Shown: in pieces, positions 50,701-63,100 of the stretch
How the letters are laid out: every line of letters begins with the position of its first letter
Numbering within the stretch: position 1 is the stretch's first letter
Source: Nemertoderma westbladi
Lineage: Eukaryota; Animalia; Xenacoelomorpha
Assembly (NCBI GenBank): GCA_032718475.1
Contig: JAUCBJ010007794.1
Coordinates: 6,123-70,122 of the forward strand
Direction of reading: 5' to 3'
DNA length: 64,000 nt
Position numbers and translations under genes: made by a program
Notes under the pieces: generated by a model
Database searches by the model: none
Told to the model about the DNA's origin: nothing
What the model saw: the letters and a program-made list of their open reading frames with translations, nothing else

Positions 50701-53003
50701 CGCCAACGCCTGTGGGACATTCTCTGCCCCCCCTCTCTCGTCACTAACTTCTCGTGGTGGGGTGCTCGTAGCCCCCCCCCCCCCCCCCTCCCCACCCGCC
50801 ACTTCTAACTTCACTACCTCTTACTACACTTCTATACCCCTCTTGTGGGGCATTATCTGCCCCCCCTCTCTCGCCGCTAATCTTACGTGGTGGGGCACCC
50901 GTAGCCCCCCCCCCCCACTCGCCACATCTAACTTCACTATCTCTTATTCCACTTCTACACCCTTCTCCCGTCGACACAATGTTTGTATTGCGGCTGGGTC
51001 CACTTACCCCTGCCTCTCTCTCTACTACTACTTGGCCTACCAGGCCTACTTCGGGCTGGCTCAACCCCGCCGCTTCCGGCCTACTGTCTACGAGGCCTAC
51101 CAGGCCTACCTCTTGTTGGCTCAACCCCGCCACCTCCGGCCTACCGACTACGTGGCCTACCAGGCCCTCACCCGCCGGGCCATGTACGTCGGACGCGTTT
51201 ACATTAATAACACCACTGTGAGTATCCTCTAGTTCACCCAAATTATCCTGTGCACCAAAGTTAGAAACATTATTTTGCGTTATAACATTATTTGGATTAT
51301 TTTGTAAATTCGAATTCGGATTATTATTTGCATTATTTGGATTACTTTGTATATTCGAATTCGGATTATTATTTGCATTATTTGGATTACTTTGTATAAC
51401 TACATTATTAGAATTATTTTGCACGTTAATATTAGAATCGTTCTGATTTAAAATAAAATTATTACTATTAGGTAAAGTATTTCCTGCAATGAAAATTTGG
51501 TTAGAGTCGTTCAATACAGTATTCGGGTCTGCCGTGCGGTCCCTGTAAGTGGGGCATTAATAAATACATCCACGGCCTCTTGCTCCTCGAAAATACTCGT
51601 GCCCGTCCCGCTCTCAGACACCCCTGCCCGCACCAGTCTTAGTTCGCGCGTCTGTCTTGCTTTGTACTCTACAAACTCTCCTTGGCGTTTTTTCAATTCT
51701 TCTCTCTCGCCATTTTATCCATAGCCTCCCGTTCGCTCTGCTCGGCCAATTCCATCTCTCTCCTAATCCCCTCCCTTCGCCTCGCCTCACGCTCTCTGCG
51801 TTCACTTTCCTCCCTCGCCTCACGTTTCTCGCGTTCCGCCTCACGTTCCTTTCGTTCACTTTTCTCTCTCGCCACACGCTCCTCTTGTTCCTTCAACTCT
51901 ATTTCATCATACTCCCTAAGGCTTCTCGCGGCCCTCTCGGCCCTCTCTCTGGTTTCTCTGATCCATACCGCTTCCCTTTCTAGTAGCACCTTCCCTTCCT
52001 CTAACCGTTTACTTATTTCTTCCTGACCTTGCGTTATCAGGTCGATACGATACGTGGCATTTATCGCTCTCACCCGTCTTTCTTTTACGGAGGATGTAGC
52101 AGACTTATCGGTTCTGACGGATTCCTTCCGCCTTCCCGATCTACTAACTTTCCCCCTCCTCCCGGAACTCCCTCCGACCGACGAGACCGAATCCGCGGGG
52201 TCAACCTCGGATTTGCCCTCCTCAGGTCTGTTCCAACCCACTAATTTTATACCCCGGGCATCGATTAAGTATGGCCCTATGTACACTACACTAGGTTGTA
52301 TACCCCCGTGCCGCCATGAGTCATACAGTTCCTCGGCAACCCTTGTTGCTCTCTCCTCGGCCAATTCTCTCTGCCCGAAGCGCATTAGATAATATAAATG
52401 TCTGTCCGACTTACCTAGTCCTGACTTTAGTTTTACCTCATCTATCGTTTTCCCATTTCTGGCCTCCTCTAGTAGTCTCCGGGTCGCGTTGTAGGCCCGT
52501 TGAAGTCGATCGGAGACCCCAACGTCCTCGTCGCCGACCTCTCCTCCGTCTCTCCGGGTTCGACGTCGTACCGGCGGCCCCACCGTCGCCGTTCCGGTGG
52601 GCCGTCCGTCGCCCTCGGCCTGTGCCTGGCCGGCGACATCGGTACTGACATCTCCGTCGTCTCTCCGGGTCCGGCGTCGTACCGTCGGCCCCACCGTCGC
52701 CGTCTCGGTGGGCCGTTCGTCGCTCTCGGCCTGTGGCTGGCCCGCGACATCGGCACGTCGACCCTCGTTCCGTGTCGACTCGTCTCTTTCTCCCTCGAGC
52801 TCGTTCTCTCTATCCTCCGACTCGACTCCCCCTCCTCTCGACTCGGCATCTGACTCCAGACGGTCCCCCTCATCTTGAACTTCCGGATCGCCTGATATCG
52901 ATGGCTCCGGCGTCGTGGGCCTGTACCGTCTGGTTGCGGCCTCGCGGATCGTTTGTTCTCCGTCCGGGGTCCGCGGCGGTGTCGTTTCTCCTGACCGACT
53001 CAT
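47736..53003 (-). pseudogene. gag: Element A gag-protease and start of pol (frameshifted, partly at homopolymer runs)
   Basis: ATG at 53003; long low-complexity N-terminus; KFDGSRLEEYLQF...LDREYG (Pao gag core); CSQCVMSGHRARQC; LMLVDSGAAFT (PR); TPFGWTLSGP...GRYTIGMVWK (pre-RT linker). Confidence 0.9.
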
Positions 53004-53084
53004 TTCCTTTGACTTTAGATTGGTGGCTGGTAGTCACTGGTAGTTAACTGAGTTTAGCTAGGGCGGCAGCTCTGATTTAATTAC

Positions 53085-53620
53085 TGTGACGGGATCCAGG
53101 AAGGATCCCGGTTAATCCGGTTTGTTAGTTCACGCGTGCGTCGTCCCCGCCGTGCGTGAAGGGTAAAAGAGTTTGTGTGATGTTCGTCGTATATAATGAT
53201 CGGCATATAAAATGGATATAGATACAGTTATAGATTGTTGTACACGGAAAGCGGGTTAATGTTGACGTACGGTAATTAAAGTCCCGGTCCTTCCCTAACT
53301 AAACTTACTAACCTAGCTAGCACCAATATGACACACTGAGATAACTAACTGATATGATTACAGGTAACTGGTTATATTGCACGGGTGGCCTTGTTGCTCT
53401 ACTCAATCGGTGCCTTTCCCCCCTCTGATTGGTTGATACACTTGTTGGCGCCTTTTGGGGTGTTCCCGTTCACCCCAGCTATTCTCTCTCTTGTCAGGGG
53501 ATTAACCCCTGACCCTCATTGTGTGCTTCTCCTTCCCATTTTGTTGGGGAGACACGAGTTGGTAATTACCCAATCTCGTGTCCCCCAATATTGCTTATCG
53601 GCTCAACTTTATGGGGTGTT
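53085..53620 (-). repeat. Element A 5' LTR (outer 22 bp displaced by element C)
   Basis: Colinear with 20346-20881, then switches abruptly to TGTAAAAGCC. Confidence 0.95.
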
Positions 53621-54869
53621 TGTAAAAGCCTTTGCTGAATTGCCCCGTTATTTTTATTATCTTTTACATTAAAATACTCTGTAGTTGATTTAATAAGTGT
53701 AAGAGACCGTATTATTGCTGTATCGGTGTTTTTAGAGGATCTAAGACCTATTTCCTCCGTATGTGTACTGTGAAAGGCATATTTTATGATTCTATGGCAA
53801 TTCGTGACGCAAAGGGGTGATAGCTACTCTTGAACAGTAGTTACTATGACTACGGTTAACAGCTGACATTCATACGTGTTGATTTCCTTTGTTCTACGGC
53901 GTCTCTCAGTTCAGTCAGCCAATTAGAGCGTTTTTGTGGCTCCTTGTACAGAAAATTTCCGAGAAATGACGCAATGCCTATGTGCAGTGTTTACATTCAG
54001 TCCTGAGCCAAAGAAAGAACGGCTTGGAAGTATTTTGTGCTTTACTGTTTTTAGTCTTACACTAGTAGGTTTAATTACAAGGACATATATCCTTTAACTA
54101 CCTGACTCATGGAATCACTGATCTGGGAATACACTGACTGCTGACACACGGCTTTTAATAACTGCTGAAACTGCTAAAATTACCTGCTCAATCGATACTG
54201 TATACTGCTATTTGTTGTCGGTTATTCATTATATTGGTTGATGAATTATTTTATTGGAATAACGAGAAATAACCCCGAAAACCCAATATTCTTGATATAC
54301 CGAAGGTAAGAGAGAAAGGTTACCAATAAAGATTGTGACTTATGTTAAAGTGGTTTGAAGTGAATCTAATGTTATTTGATAGACCCTACATGAGTCAGTC
54401 TGTGTTCCTTTTATATGTGACTAAAATCAGTGAAGATTGGAAGATTAGTGTGCAGTATTGTGCAGCATTGTGTATGAGTGAGTCTGTTAAAGAAGCAATT
54501 CCTAAAGAATGCGCCATATATGTGAATTATAATTAAGCCATATCGTTGTGAGTAGTTTAAGTCATAACTCTGTTTATATAGATAAAGCGCCACGTCCTAA
54601 AGGAACTGTTAATATTCCCCGAAGGTGAATAATATTGTCAGAGATTATATAATACTGTCAGTCGAATAATACATTAGGCTTACATAGCAATAAAATTAAA
54701 CCGTCGAACCCAATCTCCCGGGAATATCCAGCGGGTGAATGATCGCGCACAGATTGGTTTCGACTAGTGTAGTGAATTAAATACTTGTCATAGACTAAAA
54801 ACCGATTTAATATCTAGAAGACATCTTAATTTGGTGGGTTAAACTGCCAAAGGTCTGAAAGCGCGAACA
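53621..54869 (+). repeat. Element C 5' LTR (~1249 bp)
   Basis: TGTAAAAG...GCGCGAACA. The 3' half matches the B LTR (e.g. GCGCCACGTCCTAAAGGAACTGTTAATATT); the 5' half is poorly similar. Confidence 0.88.
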
Positions 54870-57091
54870 TTAAAGGATATTTGTTTCTTTATTGCAGTAA
54901 GCAATAAAGTTGAAAGTACCGGTCAACCGGTAAACCTGAAAGGTACATCTGTAGGTCAGTAGGCCCAACTGCCAGAACCGGTACCAGTAGGCCTGACTAC
55001 CTAACCACCCGGACCGGTACCTACAGCAGTACAGGTACAGCAGTATTATTCGATTTTGATAGTTGTATACCGGTAGGTCTTAGTACTTAATCAGGGAACG
55101 GCCGCCCTGAATTTTTATTGAGATTTTACTTATTTCTGTCAAGTTTTATTTATTTGTAGGCCAGTATTGAACAGAAGGCGTGTAAGCCTGATCAGATTGT
55201 ACAGACGATTTGTAGGCTGAGCTGTTGTCTGATTGCTGTTAAGTCCGAACGAATTGCAGTGTGTGTAGAGCACTTGTCCGATTAAGTACGGTTAGGAAGT
55301 AGGGGCAGCCAATGCGGTAAGGTAAACCCCCAACTAAAGAATAAGTCACACTACTGGGTTAGAGCGCATACTCCCTAATCATTTCGGAGTCTGCATGTCC
55401 TGTGGTTTATTTAGGCTTGAGAGTAGTCTGCCATCGTTTAGTCTGTACTTTGTTTGTGTAAGTCTGTACGGGTAGCGTATAATTTTATTTAAATAATTTG
55501 TAGGCTGGATAGTTGTCTGGCTGTTATTAAGTCTGAACGGATTGCCGCGTGTGTAGATCATCTGTCCGATTAAGTACGATTAGGCAGTAGGGGCAGCGAA
55601 CGCTGTAAGGTAAACCCCCAACTAAAGAATAAGTCGCACTACTGGGTTAGAGCGCATACTCCCTAATCATTTCGGAGTCTGCATATACCGTAGTTTGTTT
55701 AGGCTTGATAGTAGTCTGTCAGTGTTCTGTCTGTATTTTGTTTGAGTAGTTTGTACGCGTAGCGTAATATTTATTATTCAGAGTTTATGCGATTATTCGC
55801 AACATTCAAGTCCCCAAGTTTGTTCCTACAGTAATTGTGTTTGTTATACATACCGCTATAGTTAAATTAACCTCGGTACTACACGGGCTGCTTGGCGTAG
55901 GTAAAGACTGGTGATTTTGTGCATCGGTCACTCCAGCAGATGCCGTGGTTCTTTTAGCTGTTCAAGTATATTTAATTACTGATTATCTGTTGTACAAGTA
56001 CTCGTACCTAATTTAGGGTTTAGTGTACAGTGCTTTCCGAGAATAATTAGTGTAGGCATTATATTTGTGTTGTAAAGTGGTTGATAGGCACATTCGATTA
56101 GCTCTATTAACTTCTAGGTAGGAACACTCCGTGATACATAACGTAGAACCTATAGCGATACGGCTATAGGTAGTCAGGCGGTGGTATTTTCCTATCTAGA
56201 CAACGCAGTGTATTTACTACTACTTATTATTTCAAATACCGTAGTACTCTGTCCGTTGTAATAACCGGTTATCTAACCCTTTGTTAGGCTGGTTTGTAGA
56301 CTTCTTGTAAAATTACCCTAAAAATTCGTATTTGTTTTTGTAAATTTTTGTGTTTATTTAGAGATTGTAATCTCACCCGAATTGTACGTAATTTGTAGTA
56401 TTAAGTAACTTAGGTAAATTAGTATTATTTGTTTTAGTGTCTCATAAGTAACACTTCATTGAAAGCGCACCGCTTTGTGTAGTGATTACCCCCAGAAATA
56501 ATAACATTTATTTCAAACATTGACAAAACCCATTAAAACGGGTATATATATATTATAAATCAAATCTAACGATTTATAAATAGTAGGCCTACCATATAAC
56601 AATTAGGTCTCAATATCAGTTGGACTACTGCTCAAATAACGGTAATAAAGTAAGTAAGTAACCAAGTAACCCTAAAATACAGAAATTCAATTATTTAAAA
56701 TAATTGATATACCGGTATTTACGATAGGCCTATTATCTTTATTTCTATAAATTTAGGCTGAAATTATACCGGTACTTGTAATTAATTCTAGTCCAGAATT
56801 ATATATACTATAAATTGTAAGCTGTATACCGGTATTTCCGATAGGCCTATTATATATTTATATATATTTGTGCTAAAATTATACCGGTATTCTGTGATAA
56901 ACCTAGTCTGTAATAATACTTATATAGTTATATATACTATAAGTATACCGGTATTCTAATATATTATATATATATCACGCTACACTGAGTAGCAGTACCG
57001 GTAATTAATTACTAGGCTAGCAGTTAATACTGAGTTATTAGACTTACTCAGACTGTAATACAGCAGTAGACATTCAACGGTATACATAGTC

Positions 57092-60000
57092 ATGTCTGAT
57101 ACTAAGCAGAACCTGTCAGACAGTTTATTAGATGTAACTATCTGCGACTCAGATAGAGACGTACAACCGTCTGGTCGTAAATCCAGTTCACCTCCCACTG
57201 TGAGGAAGGTCATCCCTCCAGTAGTAATAACAGAACCTAGGCTGGTCCAACATCGTAGGTCTATCATAGGCACTCGAGCTCAGGTCAAGCGGGACCAAAA
57301 GGCAGCGGAACAGCAACAACCCGCTAGTCAAGAACTTATTCCTCAGCGGCCCAGCAGCTCCAGTAGTGAGGATACTGTAGAGCTGACACCCGAGAGCGGA
57401 GCAGAGATGACGGATGCGGTTTATACGGATCCCCTTCTCATCCTTCCTGCAGCCGTGCTCGCTGGGTTATTGATCGCGGTGGAAGAACACCAGATCGATT
57501 GGGCGAGAAGTCAACGGTCAACTAGAGATAGTTACGCGGGATATACTAGTGAAGAACTGAAGTCTATTGTCGAGTCGCAATGGAACTTCCCCGGACCCGG
57601 ACTCCCGTTTGATTTATCAGAAGCTGCCTGGGAAGACATACACCGGATGGGAGTAGCCAAGGAAACCATCGATCCAGCTGTGTGGAAGAGGTCCGCAGCC
57701 GGATACGCACAGGGATTCTTCAGCTCTATGGAGCGAATAGAAAAGCAACTTTTTCAACAACCTCAAGGACCTCAAGAGCAGGGATCGCTGCTTTATCAAG
57801 TTAGAGAAAGAGTTCTGCGGATTAGGCTAATCTTATCCGCCTTTGAGGAGGCTTCTAAAAGAAAACAAGACACGTCGTTGCAAGTTGCCGTAAAGACTTG
57901 GTTTCAACGGGTGAGTCGCCAGGTTCAAGGAGCAGCTCAGTGGAAAGCTCAGTTGGAGGAGCGCTCAACCCATGGAGAATCAACAGACGCTACTTTTTCC
58001 CAAGTGGAAAGTGAAGCGACGGCAGAGAAACCGCATAAGAGGGATGCCATTGACATCTATCTGTCAGACTATCAGCGTTTCGTAGGTGATGAAGAGTTGC
58101 GGAGAAGACTAGATGGGCTTAGCCCTAATAGTGAAGGAGCCCAGCGTGTGTTGGATGCAATTGATGTGGATAGGTTAGCGGCGAACCAAGCTAAATTCGA
58201 TGAACAACTCCGCATCGCTAGAGACCAAGAAGAACAATTAAAGAAAAAACGTATAGAAGATAGAAAGGCAGCGGCAGTGGCAGCAGCAGTGGCAGAGGCA
58301 GAAGCGGAAAGAAAGGCAGCAGCAGCAGTGGCAGAGGCAGAAGCGGAAAGAAAAGCAGCAGTGGCAGAGGCCGAAGCGGAAAGGAAAGCGGCAGCAGCAG
58401 TGGCAGTGGCAGAGGCCGAAGCGGAAAGGAAAGCGGCAGCAGCAGTGGCAGCGGCAGAAGCCGAAAGAAAAACAGCAGAGGCAGTGGCAGAAGCAGAACG
58501 GAGGGCATCTGAAGAGGCAACCCAACTAGAGTTGGAAAATCTTCAAGAGAGGCAAGACAACTTCAATAAACAGTTAACAGCGAGCAATATGCAGATGATG
58601 AGTCGATCTACTCCCAAGAGACAGGGGTATACATCATCTGAGGAAGGCGATACCACCGACACCGAAGGCGGAGGAAATCGATCTCGCCTAAGCAGACGTA
58701 AAAGAACATTCCACCGGCAGAAATTGCCTGATTTGCCTCCAGCTGTTAGAAGGCAACTAAATAACACCAAAGTAGGTAGTACAGAGCCCACAGACCAAAT
58801 AATTAAAATAGAAAGACTCCCTACTATAGTAGATGAGCCTGAAATAATTAGGCCTGTTCTTGAAATCACCCCTTCGGTGATAGACGCACATGTGCTCCCT
58901 GAAACTACCTCTAAATTCCCTCTGCATAGCACTAAGCTACCTGTGCCCCGCAGAACTGCCCAAGAGACAGTTCAGGTCCTGGACCCCGAGCGAAATATTC
59001 ACAATTTGTCGCCCGTTGTCCCTCGTCCGCCCGCTACAACGTTGGCGACTCCCGCTTCGGCGGTCGAATGGGTGGACGAGAGACGGCGGGGGATGGATAT
59101 CCTGCTCGGGCAGATGCAGGAGACTGTCCAGCAATTCAAGGGCACAGTAAGGGAAAGTAGACTAGAGTTGCAAGAAGTGCAGCAAAGTATCGCGCTAGAG
59201 CGCGATAAATTAGTAAATACTCAAAGAGGTATACCACCACCCTCTGTAACAATGTGTCAACCCGTTAGGTCTGAAGTATTGCATGCGCAAGGTGTGGAGC
59301 CTACACGCATATATACTGCTAGCGAAGTAGAAACTCCTATAGTGAACCCTATTAAGGGTAATTATAGACCTGTTGATAATGATATTCCCTATAGAACTGA
59401 TCATAATCCGAGAAATTTATATACCGATAACTCGATATTAAATAGCACGATGGCCCAAGAAAGTTTTACGCGTCAAATGGCTAGAACCGAAGCCCGGCAA
59501 GCGGTAAAGGTTGGAGAGATCGTCAAGTTTAATGGAGATGAGATGAAATGGTTACCTTTTAATGAATATTACAAAGATAACATACAGAACTCTGTACTAT
59601 CTAATGGAGAAAAACTGAGATACCTCATCGAGTGCTTGGAAGGATCTCCCAAGTTAATGGCGTTAAAGTTTATTGGACATCCAGACGGATTAAGACAAGT
59701 TTGGGATACACTAAACATCAGGTATGGTAATAGGAATAATATCGCTGGGTACTTGTATGCCAAGTTAGTAGCGCCCCGAAAGTTTATTAGTAGCGGAATT
59801 ATCGAGTTTTCCGATGAGATCCAGGAGATCTGCAGACAATTAGACTGGCTAGGTAAGTCTCATGAGTATCAGAACACTATGGTTATTAGAGCAGTGGCTT
59901 CTACTTTACCTAAAGGTGGAGTAGGTACACGCTGGGATAAGAAAGTGTTATATATGATGGAACAACAACGGCGAGACCCTACCATGGCTGATCTCATGTC

Positions 60001-60107
60001 ATTCCTAGATGGAGAAGTGAAATTACAGCTCCTGAAACAGTCTAGGGAGAAAACACCGGAAAACAAGGTAAGTGAAAAACCCGTCTCTAGGAGAAAAATA
60101 ACACCAG
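57092..60107 (+). CDS. gag: Element C gag, open frame truncated by insertion of D
   Basis: About 1005 uninterrupted codons homologous to B gag. Similarity ends at ITPV, and the ORF's last residues to 60142 come from D. Confidence 0.92.
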
Positions 60108-63100
60108 TGTTACGGTATATGGCGCTGTATCCACATTATTAGTCGTTATACTGTATGCAGTATTAGTCCATTATGCAGTATGCAATATTAGTCCGTTATA
60201 CTGTACGTAATATTAGTCCGTTGTGCAGTATAATTATTTAGATAAGGCACAACAGTGTGGTGACATTTAGGTAAGGAAGTTAAAACGCCCATATATTTTG
60301 CATCCATTCATTTTGTATAGTATGTAGCCCTACCTACGTAATTTTGTATTAGGATATATGTAGATAGTTCCAGGGTAGCGAGTTTATTCGGACCCTGGAT
60401 TTTGTGCTTGCTGATATTAGTTTGATAGGGCTAGCATATAGGGACGCCGTCCTGGCCATTCAGCAGCCAGAGACGTGAACCATTACCATATATGGTAATA
60501 ATTTGAGCAATAGGGCTACAATCCGGCCTCCTTATTGGATTAACTGCTTCCAGGTTGGTCTAATGCTAGCATGGACTGGAGAGCCAATAGGAGAGCGATT
60601 GAGTCACCCTATTGCATCATCCCACCCGGATCACCTATAAATTGGCGGTGTGCCGGTAGAGCCTTATCTGTTCAACCTGTTTTACTGTTTTTCAATCAGT
60701 CACTGCTGTTGTACTTGCTGAGCTGTCTCTAATTTTGTATTAGGATATCGTATTTTCTGCAATTTGCTAATTTGATTAATTTCTTGAAATGATTTGTTAG
60801 TGCGATTACTTGCTTGTGTTTCTCAATAATTCCTTCGATTACTGCTAATTACAATTGAACTATGATTTCTACTCTTTGATTAATGGTTCTATGTGATTCC
60901 TTTCTGCGCAATAATCCTAAGGGATTTCTGAGACTGTCAGACTTTGTGATTTGCATGCGCCGCTACGGTAGCTATTAGCATAATGGAGGGCTAAGGCGCC
61001 AGTGGGCGGTGGGCACATCGGGGGGTTAGCGACGAAGGGAGCGGAGGATTCAAAGGCGAGCAATGCTGGCGGGGGGTCACCGTTGCGGTCGGGCAATTTG
61101 CATTGTAGCGTGGGGGCAGCTCGCTGGTACAGTAATTAGGGGGCTGATGATCCAGGTTTTGTCTCTATTTAGTATTAGGGGGGCAGGAATTGGGTTAGTT
61201 AGGAAGCCTAGATGTACCCGGGAGAGGTCTGCGTGCTTTACAATTGCGAATTGCATGTATTGCAGTATTGCGAATTATTATATTGTGCTGTGTAATTGCT
61301 AATTGCGTGCATTGCGGATTGTACAATTGTGAATCGCGCATTGCGAGCTGTGATTGCTGACGCTGATTGGTGTGTTACTAAAGTGTGCCTAAGATTACGA
61401 ATGCTTAGATAGGCGCTCTTTTCCCTTTGATTGATTTCTATCTCTTAGTTTACTGTAAATAATTACTGATTAGGTCAAAGTAATACAGTATTTTAGGCTG
61501 TTACATATTTGTGACTGTAATTAATTAGTAAAATTAAGAATTAGTACGCAGCATAGCGGAGAGTAGCTAAGGTAATAATTAGAGTACCGTAAACTATTCA
61601 CGCTGAGCGGTTATTTGAATTAGCGGGCAATAAGCTAGATAGCAGTATTCAGTACGCAAAACGCATTAGTAATTTGCTGGCCTAAAGCCAGCCGCAGACA
61701 AGTTTAGTCCCACTATAGGTATTAGCCCTAATAAACACTGTACCACTTTGATTATTTTAAATATTCTCGCATTCACACATTCCGTTAGGGAACCCCCAGT
61801 ATTCGCGATTAGAAAAGACGTAGGCATTGGCGTACTTTAACAGTAAGATTAGGCGTAAGAATATACTCTGAGTGTAAAACCTCTCACACTCGTTTTAAGT
61901 CAGCTTAGGGAGCCGATTCGGGTTTGTTGTTTTGGTTATTCCCGCGTGGCTCATATATTCGAACAGTTAGCTCTCTATCGAGTAATTGGTAGAGAAAGGA
62001 ACAAGAAATTAGCAGGAGCCGTAGACTGGTAGAAAATTAGTAAAACATATTAGCGGACGGCAGGTTAGCGCCATCTAACGGTAAGTAGCGGTTTTGTATT
62101 TAGCAGCCCCTCACATTAGCAATAATACGCTCCTGATTGCCCTGTCTAATAAATAGAGCAGTTTGCAGTTTTGTGTCTTTATTGGTTAGGCCGGGGTAGT
62201 TTGTTTAACAGTAAAGCACGTGATTTGCTTGCTGTACTGCGTACAGTAAATACAAATTAGATTACTGTATTAGGCACTGTACTGCGTATAGTAGGACAGA
62301 GAGTGTATTTTTAGGCTAGTTTAGATTACTGTATTCACTGGCTGCGTACAATAGTACAGTAGTACATTAGGCTGATTGCTGTTACTGCGTACGGTAGAAG
62401 GACATTTGTTTGCCGTACCACACACAGTATCATTAGGCTGTTAGGTTGGTGTACTGTTTTACTTACTGTACTGCATACAGTGGATGTACGGTAGTGCGTT
62501 TTGCTAATTGCGAATACAGCAGTTCCTTAGGCCTTAGGGCAAATTGTAATTAGTAAGTTTTTTGAAATTATTAGCTAGGTTTGCGAGAATTCAGTTTTCG
62601 GTCAAAATTATTTTGTAAAATTCTAGAGTTTTGTACCGGTATGTTAGGTAACCGCTTAGTTATTTTATACCATCTGGAGATACATGGCAAGACGGAACTT
62701 CTGAGTTTGGGGTTCGTGTGGGTCTGCGGGTTCGGTTTGCAATCAGCGAAGGGCCTGAATCTTTGGACGCGGACGTGGAATCTCACAGCAAACAAGGTTA
62801 GTTGTTCTGTTGGCGCCAGTGTGTTTGTGGAAGCAGTAAAAATTTATCGGTTGTTTAACTGCGAAGCTGAACTCAATTTATTAGTTAGGATATTTAGGTT
62901 TAGCCGGCCATGGTTTTTGAATCGCTCAAGTTAGAGAGAGAGTTAGAGAGAGTCGCAACCCGAAGATGTAGCCACGCGCTAGTGGATACATATAATATTT
63001 GAAATTAAAATTACGTTGATTAGAGCTATATATAAAATTAGAAATATTCGGGTGGCAAGTTTATTTTGAATATTTTGTATTAGATTCAAGGTTATTTTGT

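Larger units (their letters stand above)
20346..53620 (-). mobile_element. BEL/Pao LTR retrotransposon A (degenerate; hosts B, an internal rearrangement, and C in its 5' LTR)
   Basis: Colinear LTRs at 20346-20903 and 53085-53620; gag-PR-(RT missing)-RH-IN order on the minus strand; polypurine tract next to the 3' LTR. Confidence 0.93.
53621..60107 (+). mobile_element. BEL/Pao element C (B-related subfamily), 5' part
   Basis: LTR termini, leader and gag are homologous to B, in the opposite orientation. Confidence 0.92.

Noticed and set aside
49850-50790. Programmed ribosomal frameshifting at the G-runs in A gag
   Set aside because: Frame breaks coincide with long homopolymers, better explained by slippage mutation or sequencing error in an already defective copy.
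48236-53047. Numerous plus-strand ORFs over the A gag region (and similar antisense ORFs over other gag/pol genes)
   Set aside because: Antisense shadows of GC-rich or repetitive coding sequence, with no independent motifs.
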